This document shows, one piece after another, positions 36,901 through 50,177 of a DNA stretch of 64,000 nt. Within the stretch, counting starts at the first letter, position 1. Every line of letters starts with the position of its first letter. Below the pieces are notes generated by a model. It searched no databases and was not told where the DNA came from. It was given only the letters and a program-made list of their open reading frames with translations. Source of the DNA: Paragordius varius (taxonomy: Eukaryota; Animalia; Nematomorpha); contig OZ176056.1 in NCBI GenBank assembly GCA_964247055.1, positions 806,001 to 870,000 on the forward strand. The letters run 5' to 3'. The position numbers were made by a program, and so were the translations under genes.

Positions 36901-39900
36901 TAATAGTAATTTGATCCCCGGGATCTGGGGGGAAATCTGAAAAAAATTCTTATTTTTGTCGCAGACTCAGGGCTCCTCCTCTATTTTCATCAAAATCAGG
37001 GAAAAGTATTTTGTCATAAAGTTTATTGTTTGATTATTAAATCGTAGAATTTGTTTCATTTCAGATAATTGATTCTCATGCATATTTTATATGTTTTTTT
37101 GTTTCTTATCTAAGATCGTAGAGCAAACATTTATACACAGTATTCCAAATATACAAGAAAAATCTAAAATATATAAAAATAACTTTCAAAATTGAAATTT
37201 AAACTTATTGATCGAAACCGTATTAGCTCTAATTGCCTTGTTTGATCCTCTGCTATCGATTGTAATAAAATTTAAAAATATTTAAGGATGGTATTTAACA
37301 TCCTAAAAAATATGTAGGGTTTCCTTTAATAAATTTTTTTATTCACTTGAAATCAAGTGTTTCCTTAAAAATCTAATGTTAATTTTTTTAGGGTTTCCTT
37401 AGCTTTTTATTCACTCCAAATTAAGAAATCTTAAAAAAGCTAAGGAAAGAGTGTTTCCTTTTTTTTATTCACTCCACCCTATAGTTTAAATATCTGGGTG
37501 GTACCTAATAAACACCATCTCCTCAAACAGTTTTATTACCCAGAAAAAATGAAAATCCGGTAATTCTTACTATTTAACCTATATCAGGAAGTGATATCTG
37601 ACATTATTTTATATATATTATATGACTAATTTTTTTGATTTACTTATTGTGTGACATTTAAAATAAGCATTAAATAAACTATTAAATTTTAGATATACTA
37701 ATTAAAATTAAAAATTTAATAAAATTTGGTAAAAATCTATGTTTTGTTGAAGAATGTTAAAACATAAAAATTCGGAATGAAAATGCATTAATAAAACTTA
37801 ATTAAAAATAGGATTAAAAATAAATGTATAAATATTTTAAAATTAATTATTTTTAACTTCATAACTTAGGCCTTAGATTTTCATCTTTTACCTTTATGCT
37901 ATTAAGGATAATCTAATTAATCAGAAATAGTTGATTTTTAAAAAAAAATTTCGAAAAAATTAAAAAATTTATATAAAAAAAAATTTATACCGCATTTCTT
38001 TTAGCTATATATTCGGCGGCAATTTCTTCGGCATTCCCGCCAATTTCTCCAATCATAATTATACCTAAAAAATAAAAATATTTTTTGATTAAATTAATAT
38101 TAGAATAAAAATATATGAAATGAAATTATAAAAATAAATAAAATATAATATCCTATTCAATTTAAAATATTTGAAAAAAAATATATATCTGTTTGACTTA
38201 ATTTTTGCTGCAAAATTCAATATGAAACAAAAAAATTAATAAAATATCATAAAAATTCGATAATCTTAAAATAGTGATATGAAAATATTCGTCTTTTGCC
38301 TAACAAACCTAATTAAACAAGAAATAATTTAAAATATTAAAAAAACCATAAAATTTCTAAAAATATTGAAATTTCATCATAATAAAAATTGTAATTTCGA
38401 TTAAATATTTTAAAAATAACTATCATTTTTTTAAAAAAATTAATTTTTAATGATAAAAAGTAACCTTTAGTGTGTGGATCTGAGAAAAAAACATCCAGAC
38501 AATCAACGAAATCGGTTCCATTAAACGGATCACCCCCAATTCCTAAATAAAATTATAATTAATTTTTTTACTTAAAAATAATTTTTTGAATTTCAAATTT
38601 ATAAAAATAAAAAACTATTTTGCACTAAAAATTAAATTTTACGGACAAAACGTTCATATAAAGACAAATATTTTTTTTAAGACAACCATACTCTTTGAAT
38701 CAAGATTACTTTCAAAATAAAACTCAAATTTGATTTTTATATATTATAATTTAAACATTTTACTTTTATCATTTTTATTGTAAAATTAATTTTCAATCAT
38801 AATTATCAATAATTAATATATTTAAAATATTTGTAAAATAAAATCCATTTTTTTAGAAAAAAAAAATACTCACCTATGCAAAGAGTTTGTCCCAAGCCCG
38901 CCAGTGTTGTTTGTAATACAGCTTCGTAGGTTAGGGTTCCTGAACGACTTACTATTCCTGAAAAATTAAAAAATAAATATTTAAAAAATATTATCAAAAA
39001 ATTATCCATAAATCTTATAATATTGAGCTTATTATTAAAAATAAGTTTAGGGTTTATATTTAAAAATAATTCATATTCTAAGAAATTTTTATCATAAAAA
39101 TCCATAAATAAATAAAAATGGTAAGTTAAAATTAAAATTAATATTCTATAAAATAGGGAGTGTGTTTAAGAAATAAAATATAATTTTATTGCCCCAAAAA
39201 ATTTATAAAATTATAAAATACACTTTTTATATATAAATACATAAAATACTTGATAAAATTTACAAATTTTTCATCCTTCAAAAAATATATTTCTAAAGGA
39301 TTCAAAAAATTAAAATATAAAATTTTTTTTTTAAAAAAAATACCTATACAACCAGGTTGATGGATATGTCCAGGCATGATACCAATCTTACATTCACCAG
39401 GCTAAACCAACCATTATTAACGATAAAAATGTAAAAAATAATATTTTTTTTAATTTGGAAAATATATTATGCGACAAATTTTTCATTAATGCACATTTAA
39501 GCACCTGTTAAAAAATGAAATTAAAAAATTTTAAACTTAAATTAACTATTATTATTAGATTCACATCTGAAACGCATATAAAAAATCAATATTTACCATA
39601 CACCTTTAAAGAATAATACGAAGAGACTTTTACACAGATTTTCGCAAAATTACTAAAAAAAATAGTAAAATCCAATTACTTAAAATCATTTTAATAACTC
39701 AAACCTTATTCTAAAACTATTGAAAGAAGGCCCAAAATCATTTTTTACAAACCTTTTATCGTATTTATTATATATATATCCTACCATAATTTTTTTAGGG
39801 TTTTATCGTTCTTTTTTTACCTCATGTGCACATTTCAAAAATTATTCTCTATTTTGGGACAAAATTTCTAGATAAAAGCTAATTCATATTCCTCAAAAAC

Positions 39901-41543
39901 TTACCAAAAAAATTAATTACTCATGTAAAATTTTTAGCACAACCATTTAAGAAAGTTTGATAAAAAGTTCGAGTAAAATAATTTTTTTTCGAATAAAAAA
40001 CAAAACCGGCAAAATTAATCACTAACGTAAAACTTTTTTTCAATTCCTACCTAAATCATTTCAAAAACGATTCATGTCCAGTATCTATACCATTAGGTGT
40101 AGCGACACCTCCTGCCGTTTTAGTGGCGTTTTTATGAAAGACATAAAAAACCCACAAAACTTGGACTCAATTTTTCTTAAAAACACGAAAATTAACTTAA
40201 TTAATCATTTAAATCACCTCAAATCTGTCCCACATCTCTTACCTAAAAATAATCAAAAAAAAATAATAAACCCCAAATACATTCAAATTTTAACTTTATT
40301 TCAACAAACTTCACCTTTATAATTCCGGGACAGTTTGGACCCAAGAGTCTAGACCATTGCGTCTTTTCTTGAGCTAACTCCTGTCGCCTTAACCGTGTCT
40401 TTATGTGAGCCATATCGCGTTGAGGTATCCCTTCAGTTATACATACAATCAGGGCTAGACCGGCATCAATTGCTTCAAGAATCGCATCAACTGATCCCGC
40501 GGGTGGAACGTATATTACAGTAGCGGTTGCTCCAGTTTTTTCTTTTGCCTATGAAAAATGGTTTTTAAAAGTTTTTTCAATCTTTGGCGTTTATTAAATT
40601 TTAAAAGAGTTTTGATGTATTCTTAAAACGGAAAAAGTATGGTTGGTTGCCTTTTGAACAAAAATATTTTGCCTTTTTTGATATTTTGTTGTGTAAAGAG
40701 TCAATTTTTATTGTAAAAATCGTTTTTTTCCGAGTAAATGCGATATAAGTTATTTTTCTCAAAGGCATTGGTATATAAAACTAAACCGATCGCAACCCTA
40801 TTATTTTTTGTTTTTTAACTTTACAATACCACTTTAAATGAGAATAGAATGGAAAGATAACATTTTTTCCAATTAAATACAATAAGGAATTTTGTAAAAG
40901 GGACAATAGGAAGTAAATAAGACTTGCTGAAAATCATAAAAGTATTTTTTCAAAAAAATCGCTAAGTTAAACCACTAATATAATATGAAAATAGGCTGCT
41001 TAGAAGCCAAAATGTTTGCTTAATAAATACCTTTATAATTATAAAAAACAAATTATGGTTTAATATTGGAAAATTTCGTGATCACTAAAATATAATGTAA
41101 AAAAATAAAAAGCCCGTAAAAATATAACTCCTATTCAAATATTCATATTTGAAATATTGTGTGTATTAACAATTATATTTAAGCATTCGTGCTATATTTT
41201 ATTAGCAAAAAATATTAATTTAAAAACGAATTATCCAAAATAAATTTTTTAACCATTAAAATAAACCTCTAAAACAGTGTCAAAAACGGGAAGATTTAAA
41301 TGACTAGATCCACCTTTCCCGGGTGACACGCCACCAACTAATTTAGTTCCATATTCAAGTGCCTGTTTTGAATGAAATGTAGCTTGCTTTCCTGTAAAAC
41401 CTTGACAAATAACCTTGGTATTTTTGTCGATAGCTAAATGAGACCTGGTCGAGGTGTAATTTGTTCGAATAAAAGAGTTAAAATATTTAGATAGGACATC
41501 TAAATTTTATTTAAATTCAACTTGAGGCAGTCCTTATTGTCAT
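33923..41543 (-). CDS. SUCLG1: Succinyl-CoA ligase alpha subunit, mitochondrial
   Basis: Exons 41543-41522 (tentative), 41499-41267 ([37 protein letters not shown]), 40548-40315 (VIYVPP...CITEGIP...[10 protein letters not shown]), 39401-39344 ([10 protein letters not shown]), 38957-38874 ([11 protein letters not shown]), 38542-38465 ([12 protein letters not shown]), 38064-37991 ([11 protein letters not shown]), 35531-35435 ([14 protein letters not shown] with the phospho-His), 34666-34569 and 33976-33923 (tentative last exon EMQKLNY...). Confidence 0.97.
35650..36220 (-). pseudogene. RTE-type non-LTR retrotransposon RT fragment in a SUCLG1 intron
   Basis: [25 protein letters not shown]...PYEILYVDN (decayed QG...YADD), followed by PCGVCG...ILCSACK, a Cys motif typical after RTE-clade RT. 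Confidence 0.8.
36221..37487. mobile_element. Non-autonomous TIR DNA transposon (mariner-like ends), ~1.27 kb
   Basis: Left end aaactatgggtggaatgaataaaaaataggaaac versus reverse complement of the right end aaactatagggtggagtgaataaaaaaaaggaaac. Subterminal ttttttattcact repeats; no ORF. Confidence 0.7.
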
Positions 41544-42199
41544 ATATAAGGGACCAAGAACCAAACGGTATAATGTCAAATTATGTTTTAAAAATAAAAA
41601 GTGATTTACTAAATTATGATATCAAAAAATTTATTAATGTTATATAATAAATTGTAAAAATTGTTATCACATTTAAGCAGATTTTAAGCTGTGATGTACC
41701 ATCATAGCATTTTAATTGTATACCAAAAGTAATTAATATATTCGGCCGAAAAGTATGCATTCTTTCCCTTTTGAGCGCATTCAATATTAACACAAATTTT
41801 TAGTTAAGCCCTTCTTTTCAAAATTTTTTCAATATTTTTGGATTTATAGCATTAATTTATTGTGTCCCCGATTTTTAGGGTAGGTATTACCCCATATATC
41901 AAGATAATAAACCCTTTCTCTTATGTATTAGATAGATAATAATAAAATTTTTACTTTTTTTCTTTTGTAATCTCGAATCCGGATAGTCCAAAACATAGTA
42001 GGAGCGAGCAGATAATAATAAAATTAAATAATATCAATAATCTGGTAGATTCTAATTTTAAAGCTTTCCAAAGCTAATATATATTTTTTACCAAATATAC
42101 ATTTATTTGCCTGTTTTATTGAGGATATATAATTTAAAAAAATGGCGGCTAAAAAGTTTGAAATAACTTTTAACAATTTATTTTAAAGAACTCTATATA

Positions 42200-43110
42200 T
42201 TATGATTAATCGCACCATAAATTATCCTATCTTTTGACCAGTTCCTTGGAGTAGGGTGTATTTGGGTGAGGGGCATAATCTACCTTTGAAAAATTTGAAG
42301 AATATGTTAGAAGACAATTTGATGGTTACGAAAATTATATCCTTTCCCATCTCGACTGTGTTTTACATCTCAGTCAAATAGCCGTTGGCTTTTTGGCCAT
42401 GATCCAAGTATGTGGACCTCGTTGAATCGGCCAGAAAGCAACTGTGAGATGATGATATTTCTCTAATATCGTGTGCCTCATCTAGTGCATTGGGCCCGTT
42501 TTCGCATGTGACCATAAGAAAGATAAGGCACTTGATATCCACAGCCACCACGAGATCAGGTCGAGCCATACGAATTTATTTTATCATATCTAATATTATT
42601 TTTTAATGCATACTGTATAGACGAGTCAAGCGTTTGATTTTCCGATATTACCCGTACGTTGGATGTTTGGTTTTGTTTAATGTGGCGCATTATATTGACA
42701 TGTCGCAAATCAATCAAGCGACTGCTGTTGGCACAGAACCCAAGAATATGGCCTGTAGATTTGTTGGGCTCGTTTTTTCGCCGGAAGTTGCAATCAAAAT
42801 TAGCAACCTTTGGCTTTTAATGGGTAGGAGGTTCAGCCTCGCCTTGTGTATAAACTTCCATTTCCTGCATCTCATGTTCCGATACAGGAAGAAGTGGATG
42901 TGTTGTGCAACACATTACGTTACTTTTCCTTGGAGGCCGTGTGTTCGAGATCACGATCTATGATATTTCTTTTCCACCTGCGGAGGAGAGATACTGCATT
43001 TGGTCGATTGTTTATGTGGATTTTAATGTTGTTAAACTCCATCGAGAGCGTATCAATACGATTAAAAATATTTACTCTGGGTAATATTGTTGAAAAAAAT
43101 ACCAAAACAA
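42200..43110 (-). mobile_element. 3' fragment of a restriction-like-endonuclease non-LTR retrotransposon (NeSL/R5/Utopia-like), decayed
   Basis: In order on the - strand: KWKFIHKARLNLLP (~42860-42822), zinc-knuckle remnant STGHILGFCANSSRLIDLRH (~42755-42700), RPDLVV...MVTCENGPNALDEAH (PD-(D/E)xK nuclease, ~42566-42470). Frameshifted. Confidence 0.8.
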
Positions 43111-44417
43111 AAATGTTTTTAAATCAATAATGTTAAGTTTGATGCAAATAAACAAAGGTAGTAGAAAACATAATAAAAGATGCGATCACGATTTTACGCC
43201 AACTTAAAAAATATTTGTACCAACTTGAAACACGGACCAACTAGAAGTGTTTAGAACACTTTTTAAGTGCAAATGGTTCATAATAAAATATCATTTCTAG
43301 GATCATCCAATACCTAGCGCTCAATTTGATTCGTAAAAAATACCGATTTTGGGTTTGAAATTCTATTACAAATTCACTGATTTTTTAGTGTTTTTTGGTA
43401 AAACTTCATTTACTTTTGAATTGTAATATCAAGAGGTATTTAGGTAATTCCTTAGCAGATATTTAATAAAAATTTAAATTTTATTAATAAAAATAAAGGT
43501 GTCCTATTTTTAAATGATATTATTAGTAAGCTTTCGATTCTAAATCTTTATTTTTATGCATTTCTTAATTCCGTGTTAGTTTGAGTAATACATTCTTCAA
43601 TGCTTTTGTTTAAAGTTAAATCATTAATTGACATTGAACTTAAATTTGTTTAAAGTTTTAATCAGAGATTTTAAGCGGATTGTAAAAGTTTCATAAGATT
43701 TACATTATAACTTGTTATATTTTTGTACAATTTAACTTCATAATGCCGCTTATAGTAACAGAGAAACAAAATTTGAAAAAATTATTGAATTCAGGTTTTT
43801 TGTCAACTGTTATTGATCAGCATAAAAAGCCAGGTACTTATTCGCTTAAAATTTATATTAGCAGTCATATTTATTAAATAATCCTTCAAAGTGGTTACTT
43901 TTAAATCATTTCAACGTTTAACGAAAAAATGTTAAATAACGAGTTTTAAGATTTAGATATAAATTATTGTATAGCACAAAAAATCAGGTAAAAAGTTTAA
44001 TATACGTAGAGTTGTGTTATAATTTTGCCGAAAATTTATTATCAAAAGAAATTACAGATATAAAAGATATAAAAATCAATGATTTTTTAAGGTTTATAAA
44101 TTTATTTTAATGATATAATTGGTTGCAAAAATTGCTTCAAGAGTGTTAAAACCTTCAAGAGTCCTTAGCATTACAAGGAGAATAAGGTTTTATAAAATAT
44201 GGTTATTATATTTATCCTATAAAAGCTATCTATTTTTATGTCAAATATAATTTAATCAAATTTTACCTAATGATTATAAATATTAATAAATCTGTTTTTT
44301 CAGAATTGTGTTATACACTTGTTATTATACGCCATCTACTTAATACCTTATATATGTGGATATAATTAATTAATTTGTTCTATTGCTTTGTAAAACAAAT
44401 ATATTGGGTTACATGAA

Positions 44418-44448
<31 letters not shown>

Positions 44449-44887
44449 ATATTATTTTAAAAGATTTATAATGATTTACATATAAATATTCCACGTATAC
44501 ATTAATTATGAACCTTTTAAAAACCTGCTAACTTAAAAATTCGAATTAATAATAAAAACCAGTCTAACCGCTTAAGAATACTTTAATTATATATACATAT
44601 ATAATTTTTGATTAATATCTACTTTCTAACATGTATAATTAATTACGGTAAATTATACACAAAGTAAATTGTTCACGTACTACAAAATTTAAAGTGTAAA
44701 ATTATAAAATATTCCTCATATATTAAACTTTTTAACGCAAAACATTCTCCTAGTCAATTATCGGAGTATTTCATATTATCTATTATAATTAACGTTTATA
44801 TTTACAATGGCTCTGTTGTTTAGGTAGATAATTTTAAAAAAATAAAAGCTTCTTAAAATTTATAAACATTTTGATTCAACTCGGGGT

Positions 44888-46401
44888 CAGTGGCGTACCG
44901 AGCATTTGCGGCGCCCTGGGCATAAAACACTTATGGCGCCCCAACCCCCCCCCCCCCCCCCCCTTACTCTTTTTGAAAGCCAATAAAACAATTTAGTAAA
45001 AAAATATAAACGTTCTTGATGCTTCATTAAAATTAAAGGATCTTGCAATCTATGTTGAACCCTATCCATTCTTATAAGTATTTGATGCCCGATAAAAATC
45101 AATGTTAAAAAATTGAAATTTAAAACACTCTGAGGTAAAATGAATGCCTCTCTTCTTGTTTCACTAATATTTAAAGTATTATTGCTTGAATCTTCTAAAA
45201 GCGTTATCAAATCATTCATTCCCTCAATAATGGCATTAACTGCTTGATTTCTAGCATACACGGCTTAAGACTCACGCATAACAGTTTTTTTAGTTTATTT
45301 TTTAATAGGTCCCATCTAATAGAAGAGATTTCCAGGATTTAGTGCTGAGGCATCTAGATATATTAAACCTGCAACATATCCTCGAAAAGGGAGATTTTTT
45401 AGAAATTTCATACAGGCCAATATTCGAGGTAATAAGATCGATCAAAAAGTAGGCAACAAAATCAATACTCAGGTGTGTTCTTTGGTGAATATAAAAACCA
45501 ACTCTCAACTTCAATCCTTCTTTTTACCGACACGTCGAAAAAACGATTGAGGCATTGAACGATGGTTTTTTGTTTCAAAGAGATGACATTTATTTTGATA
45601 TACTTGAGATCCACGAATAATCTCTCTGTGCGAAGCTGGTTAGATATTACGGGAGAAACATTATTATTAGAAACAGGCGACATCATTGAACTCTATAGGT
45701 TAGCGCTTGGAATTACTAATGGTATATTTGTAGTCCCTATATATGGTTTCAGTTGTAAAGTTATTATTAAGGGGTGCCGTTATGTTTGGGTAGCATACAC
45801 TTTTTCAATGTTAGGGTCAGATATTTTCGTTAAATAAGATTTCATACTCATTCGTTTTTTGTTTATTTTATTCTCTTCCTGGATTTTTCGTTTCCTATTT
45901 GCATAACCGCTGAGTTTGGGCATTGATATATGATGAAAATGAAAGTAAATATAAAAAACAAGGCTATATTGGTAAACCTTGTTAGAGATGGTATGATCTT
46001 GTTGATTTTAATAAATAAAATTGGGTTATGAAATTGAATATGCATAAAATAAAAAGGCAATTATAAAATATAAGATTAGATAAGGTTTTGAACAGAGCGA
46101 GAAGTTAAAATAATTTAATTAAAGGCCATAAGAGAATTAATAATATGTGCGAGATAAAGAAACGTTTTTTAAGCGAAAAAATAAGCATGTTGAAGGGAGT
46201 AATTAAAGTTGTTTTTTGCATAATGTTTGATCTTGATCTCATATAAGATTATATTATTTTAGGGATTACCTAAGTTGCTGAAAAATCCTACTTGAAAATT
46301 ATTACTATTTTTGTATAATTTAAATTTAATTTAAAAAAATCATTTAGGCGCCCCTAAATAACGGCGCCCGGGGCATGTGCCCCCCCATCGGTACGCCACT
46401 G
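44888..46401 (-). mobile_element. Internally deleted hAT transposon, copy 1
   Basis: Perfect 14-bp TIR CAGTGGCGTACCGA and exact 8-bp TSD CTCGGGGT (44880-44887 / 46402-46409). The - strand carries remnants of a TTF-type zinc finger (SWFLYSPK..Y.FCCLLF) and hAT catalytic region. Confidence 0.93.
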
Positions 46402-47777
46402 CTCGGGGTGACTTTAAGATATTATATATAATTTAAAAGGATCCCAATAAATTTAATTTTTGCCATTACACATTTTATTTCACAACTTTTTGTCAAAAGT
46501 AGTGCTTCCATAAAAGTTAATTTTTATCAGATAATCAAGATGAAATGATTAACTTAGCAATATTTTTAAAATAAATAGATAAAATACAAATTCGATAAAT
46601 GCATAATCCATCAAGTTTCTCATGTTATTTTCGGTTTTGGACATACGAGTGTTTTATGAAAGCACTTATGTGAGTAAAAAAAAAATTTTTAGTGAATGCT
46701 AAATGTTATTTCAGGAAATATCACTAAAATATATTCCCTATATATGAAAGGAAAAGCGAAAACAATATTTTTATAAAACTTTGCATTTAAGAGACCACCT
46801 CTAATCTCAAATCGGACACGTCGGGTGAGTATCCTTAAACTGAAGTCAAAAAAGCAAATTGAGCGCAATAAAAATTTCTATCTGCTATATCTTAACATCA
46901 TAAAACTTTTTTCAATATAGGGTGCTTAATATTTTATTTATGGCAAAATTTTTGTAAAGCTAATTTTAACTATTTATGATGCTTGAATATATAATTCGAT
47001 GATGTCGAAATCACCTCAAATGTGCTTTTCAAAAATTAACCCAAATTATCTGTTTGTATATAACTTAAATTTGTCGAATTTTATTTTAAATACTAAGGTT
47101 ATTATAATAATTAGTATAATATTTATTCAGCATTATATAAATTTTGAACAGATTTCATATTTTAAAAATATTAAAAAATAAGGGTAATTTTTATTCTTAA
47201 AAGAATGAATTCGAAGTGTAAATGGTATATCAAAAATTGTTAAACATGCATTATAACATTAGCATTTAAGCATGAAATCTAGTGTGTGGACTTTCAAAAT
47301 TAAACAATCAAGCACTGCGCAAAATATGCAATTATTCCATATATCAGACCATCTGACCGGGTCTGACATGACTTTTTTATGAAAATTATAAATGCACAAC
47401 CCTAATTAACGTTAATTAAATTATTATATTATATAATACTCCATCTATTTATTGCATTTACACTACATGTATTAAATAAATTGTGCTATTGCTTTGTAAA
47501 ACAAATAAAATTGGTTTTTTAAATAATATATATAATTAATTATTTTTCTAACTGTATATGAAAATATTTTATACTAAACCTAAATTTTTTATTTTAAATT
47601 TGAACAAATATCGTAAAAATTTTTGAAACAACAAGCATCTAAATATGTTTTTATATCGATAAGGATATTAACCGTTATAACTGCTTATAAATACAGTGCG
47701 CAATTACATGTTTAACACTACACTCCATAAATAAAATAGAGCGAAAAAATTAATATGTGTTTTTAGACTGTTTAAAT

Positions 47778-50039
47778 CAGGGGTGTCCAACACAAATCAG
47801 TGGCGTACCGAGCATTTGCGGCGCCCGGGGCATAAAACTCCAATGGCGCCCCCTCTCTCCTCCTCTTTTTGTAAGCCAATAAAACTATTTAGTAAAAAAA
47901 TATTAAAGTCTTTAAATGCTTCATTAAAATTAATTTTAGGATCTTTATGTTGAACCCTATCGATGATGGCAGAAAAAAATCAATGTTAAAAAACTGTTTA
48001 AAACACTCTGAAGTAAAATGAATGTCTCACTTCTTGTTTCACTAGTATTTAAAGTATTTTTACTTAAATCTTCTAATAGCTCTATCAAATCATCTATTCT
48101 CTCAACAATGGGATTAACCGCTTAAATTCTAGCACTCCATCGGGCTTCAGACTCACGGTTAACAGTTTTTTTTATTTTTCAATAGGCTAATAGTTAAAAA
48201 AGATGAATATTTTCAATTATTCCGAAACAGGTCACAACAAAAACATCTTGTTTTGCTACCGTGACTATTACCAAATTCAAGGAACGAGTGTCACAATTAG
48301 CAATTGCTTATTATTTCCAAAACTTTGTTGAACGCCTGAAATGCGACCCGACATCACACCTACATTATTATAGCATTGAGATCTACAATTTGATAACTAA
48401 ATATTATCCATATTTAAATTTTCTAAAATTCTTTTCAATTGACAGTCCATCTTTGTTGAATAACTGAAAAAACCCAAAAAGGATACCTTTATGACAACTC
48501 TATTTTTCTCATATTTAATAAACACCTACCTGGCAACTTGAGAAATTTGTTCTCGGCGCTATATCTGCGTTAGATCAAATATAAGTCCATAATATTTACT
48601 TTTTTAATGTCATTTATCAATTTAGTTTTAACTCTTGAAGCCAAAAGATGTATAAACTTGTTTTGGATTTTGGATGAAACATAGGTTAAAGTGTTAGGAG
48701 ATTCAATGTTTCTCATGTGTTCTCCCCTTATTGGGTCAAACCGAGCTACAAGTTGTAGTGAAGATAAGATTCCAGGATTTGGTGCTTAGTTATCTAGATA
48801 CATTACTCTTGCAACATGTCCTCGAAAAAGGAAATTTTGGTTGATTAGAAATTTCATGCAAGCCAATATTCGATGTAATAAGATCGATCAAAAAGTAGGC
48901 AACAATAACCATACGCATATCTGTTCTTTGGTGAATATAAAAACCAAGACCCAACTTCAAATCCTTCTTTTTTACCGACCGACACGTCGAAAAAATCAAG
49001 ATTGGGGCATTGAACGATGATTTTTTGTTTCAAAGAGATGGCAATCATTTTGATATACTTGAGGTCCACGAATAATCATTTCTGTGCAAAGATTATGAGA
49101 TTTTACTAGAGGAACATTATTATTAGAAAAAGGCGACATTATTAAACTCTATAGATATATCGCTTGGAATTACTAATGGTATATTTGTCTCATCTCTAAC
49201 ATTGGATCAATAACTAGGGTTTCAGGTGTATTAAGTTATTTTGTAGGGGGTGTTATATTCGGGTCTCATACACTTTTTCAATGTTGGGGTCAGATATTTT
49301 CGTTAAATGAGATTTCATACTCATTCGCATTTTATTTTATTTATTCTCTTCATGGATTTACCGTTTCCTATTTGCATAACCGCTGAGTTTAGGCATTGGT
49401 ATCTGATGAAAAGTATTTATAAAAAATACAAGGCTATTAAGAAGAGATAAGGTTTTGAACAAAGCGAGAAGTTAAGATAATTTAATTAAAGGCAATAAAA
49501 GAATTAACAATATGTGCAGAAACGTTTTTCAAGCGAAATAATAAGTTTGTGTTGGAGGGAATAATGAAAGTTGTTTTTTGCATAATGTTTGATCTTGATC
49601 TCATTTATATAATTTTTATATAGAAATTACCTAAGTTGCTGAAAAATCTTACTTGAAAGTTGTTATTATTTTTGCATAATTTAAATGTAATTTAAAAAAA
49701 CATTTAGGCGCCCCTAAATAACGGCGCCCGGGGCATGATGCAACCCCTTGCCCCCCCATCGGTACGCCTCTGACACAAATGGCTTTGTAGACCACATTTT
49801 AAAAAATCCGACGGGCCGCATAATATGGGAATCAACAAACATTTTATTAGATTTTAAACATAAGACTGTAAAAACTAGTATTATTTTTACAGTTTTTGCT
49901 ATTTCATGCCCGAATGAAATTCGGAGAGATTATGTAGAAAATTTGTCTGAGGAAAATCAATTTTATTTAGATTCTGCAATTTGTATTTGAAACTTCTCGC
50001 GGACTGCAATATCTTGGAGGGCAGAGTGTGAAACACCTG
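47778..50039. mobile_element. Charlie-type hAT element interrupted by hAT copy 2
   Basis: Starts caggggtgtccaac, resumes after 49780 with a gacgggccgca subterminal motif; degenerate end gtgaaacacctg near 50039. Similar ends at ~16043 and ~56682. Confidence 0.5.
47798..49772 (-). mobile_element. Internally deleted hAT transposon, copy 2
   Basis: Same TIR (one mismatch at the right end) and exact 8-bp TSD ACACAAAT (47790-47797 / 49773-49780). Retains extra transposase sequence (LVARFDP...YVSSKIQNKFIHLLA; SEARWSARI*AV). Confidence 0.93.
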
Positions 50040-50177
50040 TTTATAATTAAAAAAATAAAAAACAATTTATTTTCTATATTAATAGGCGCCTAAAATACAT
50101 GTTTCAATATAACTGTTAGTCAATTTATTACAAGAATTTATTTAAAATTAATAATAAATAATGATTCCTGTTTTTTT

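Noticed and set aside
41724-41760. Alternative SUCLG1 first exon MHTFRPNILITF
   Set aside because: Phase-compatible, but it puts an Asp in the presequence and looks less like a targeting peptide. Kept as the alternative to the 22-nt-intron model, not excluded.
42137-42150. YY1-like motif aaaatggcggc upstream of SUCLG1
   Set aside because: A single short match at the edge of a retroelement relic with no supporting conservation.
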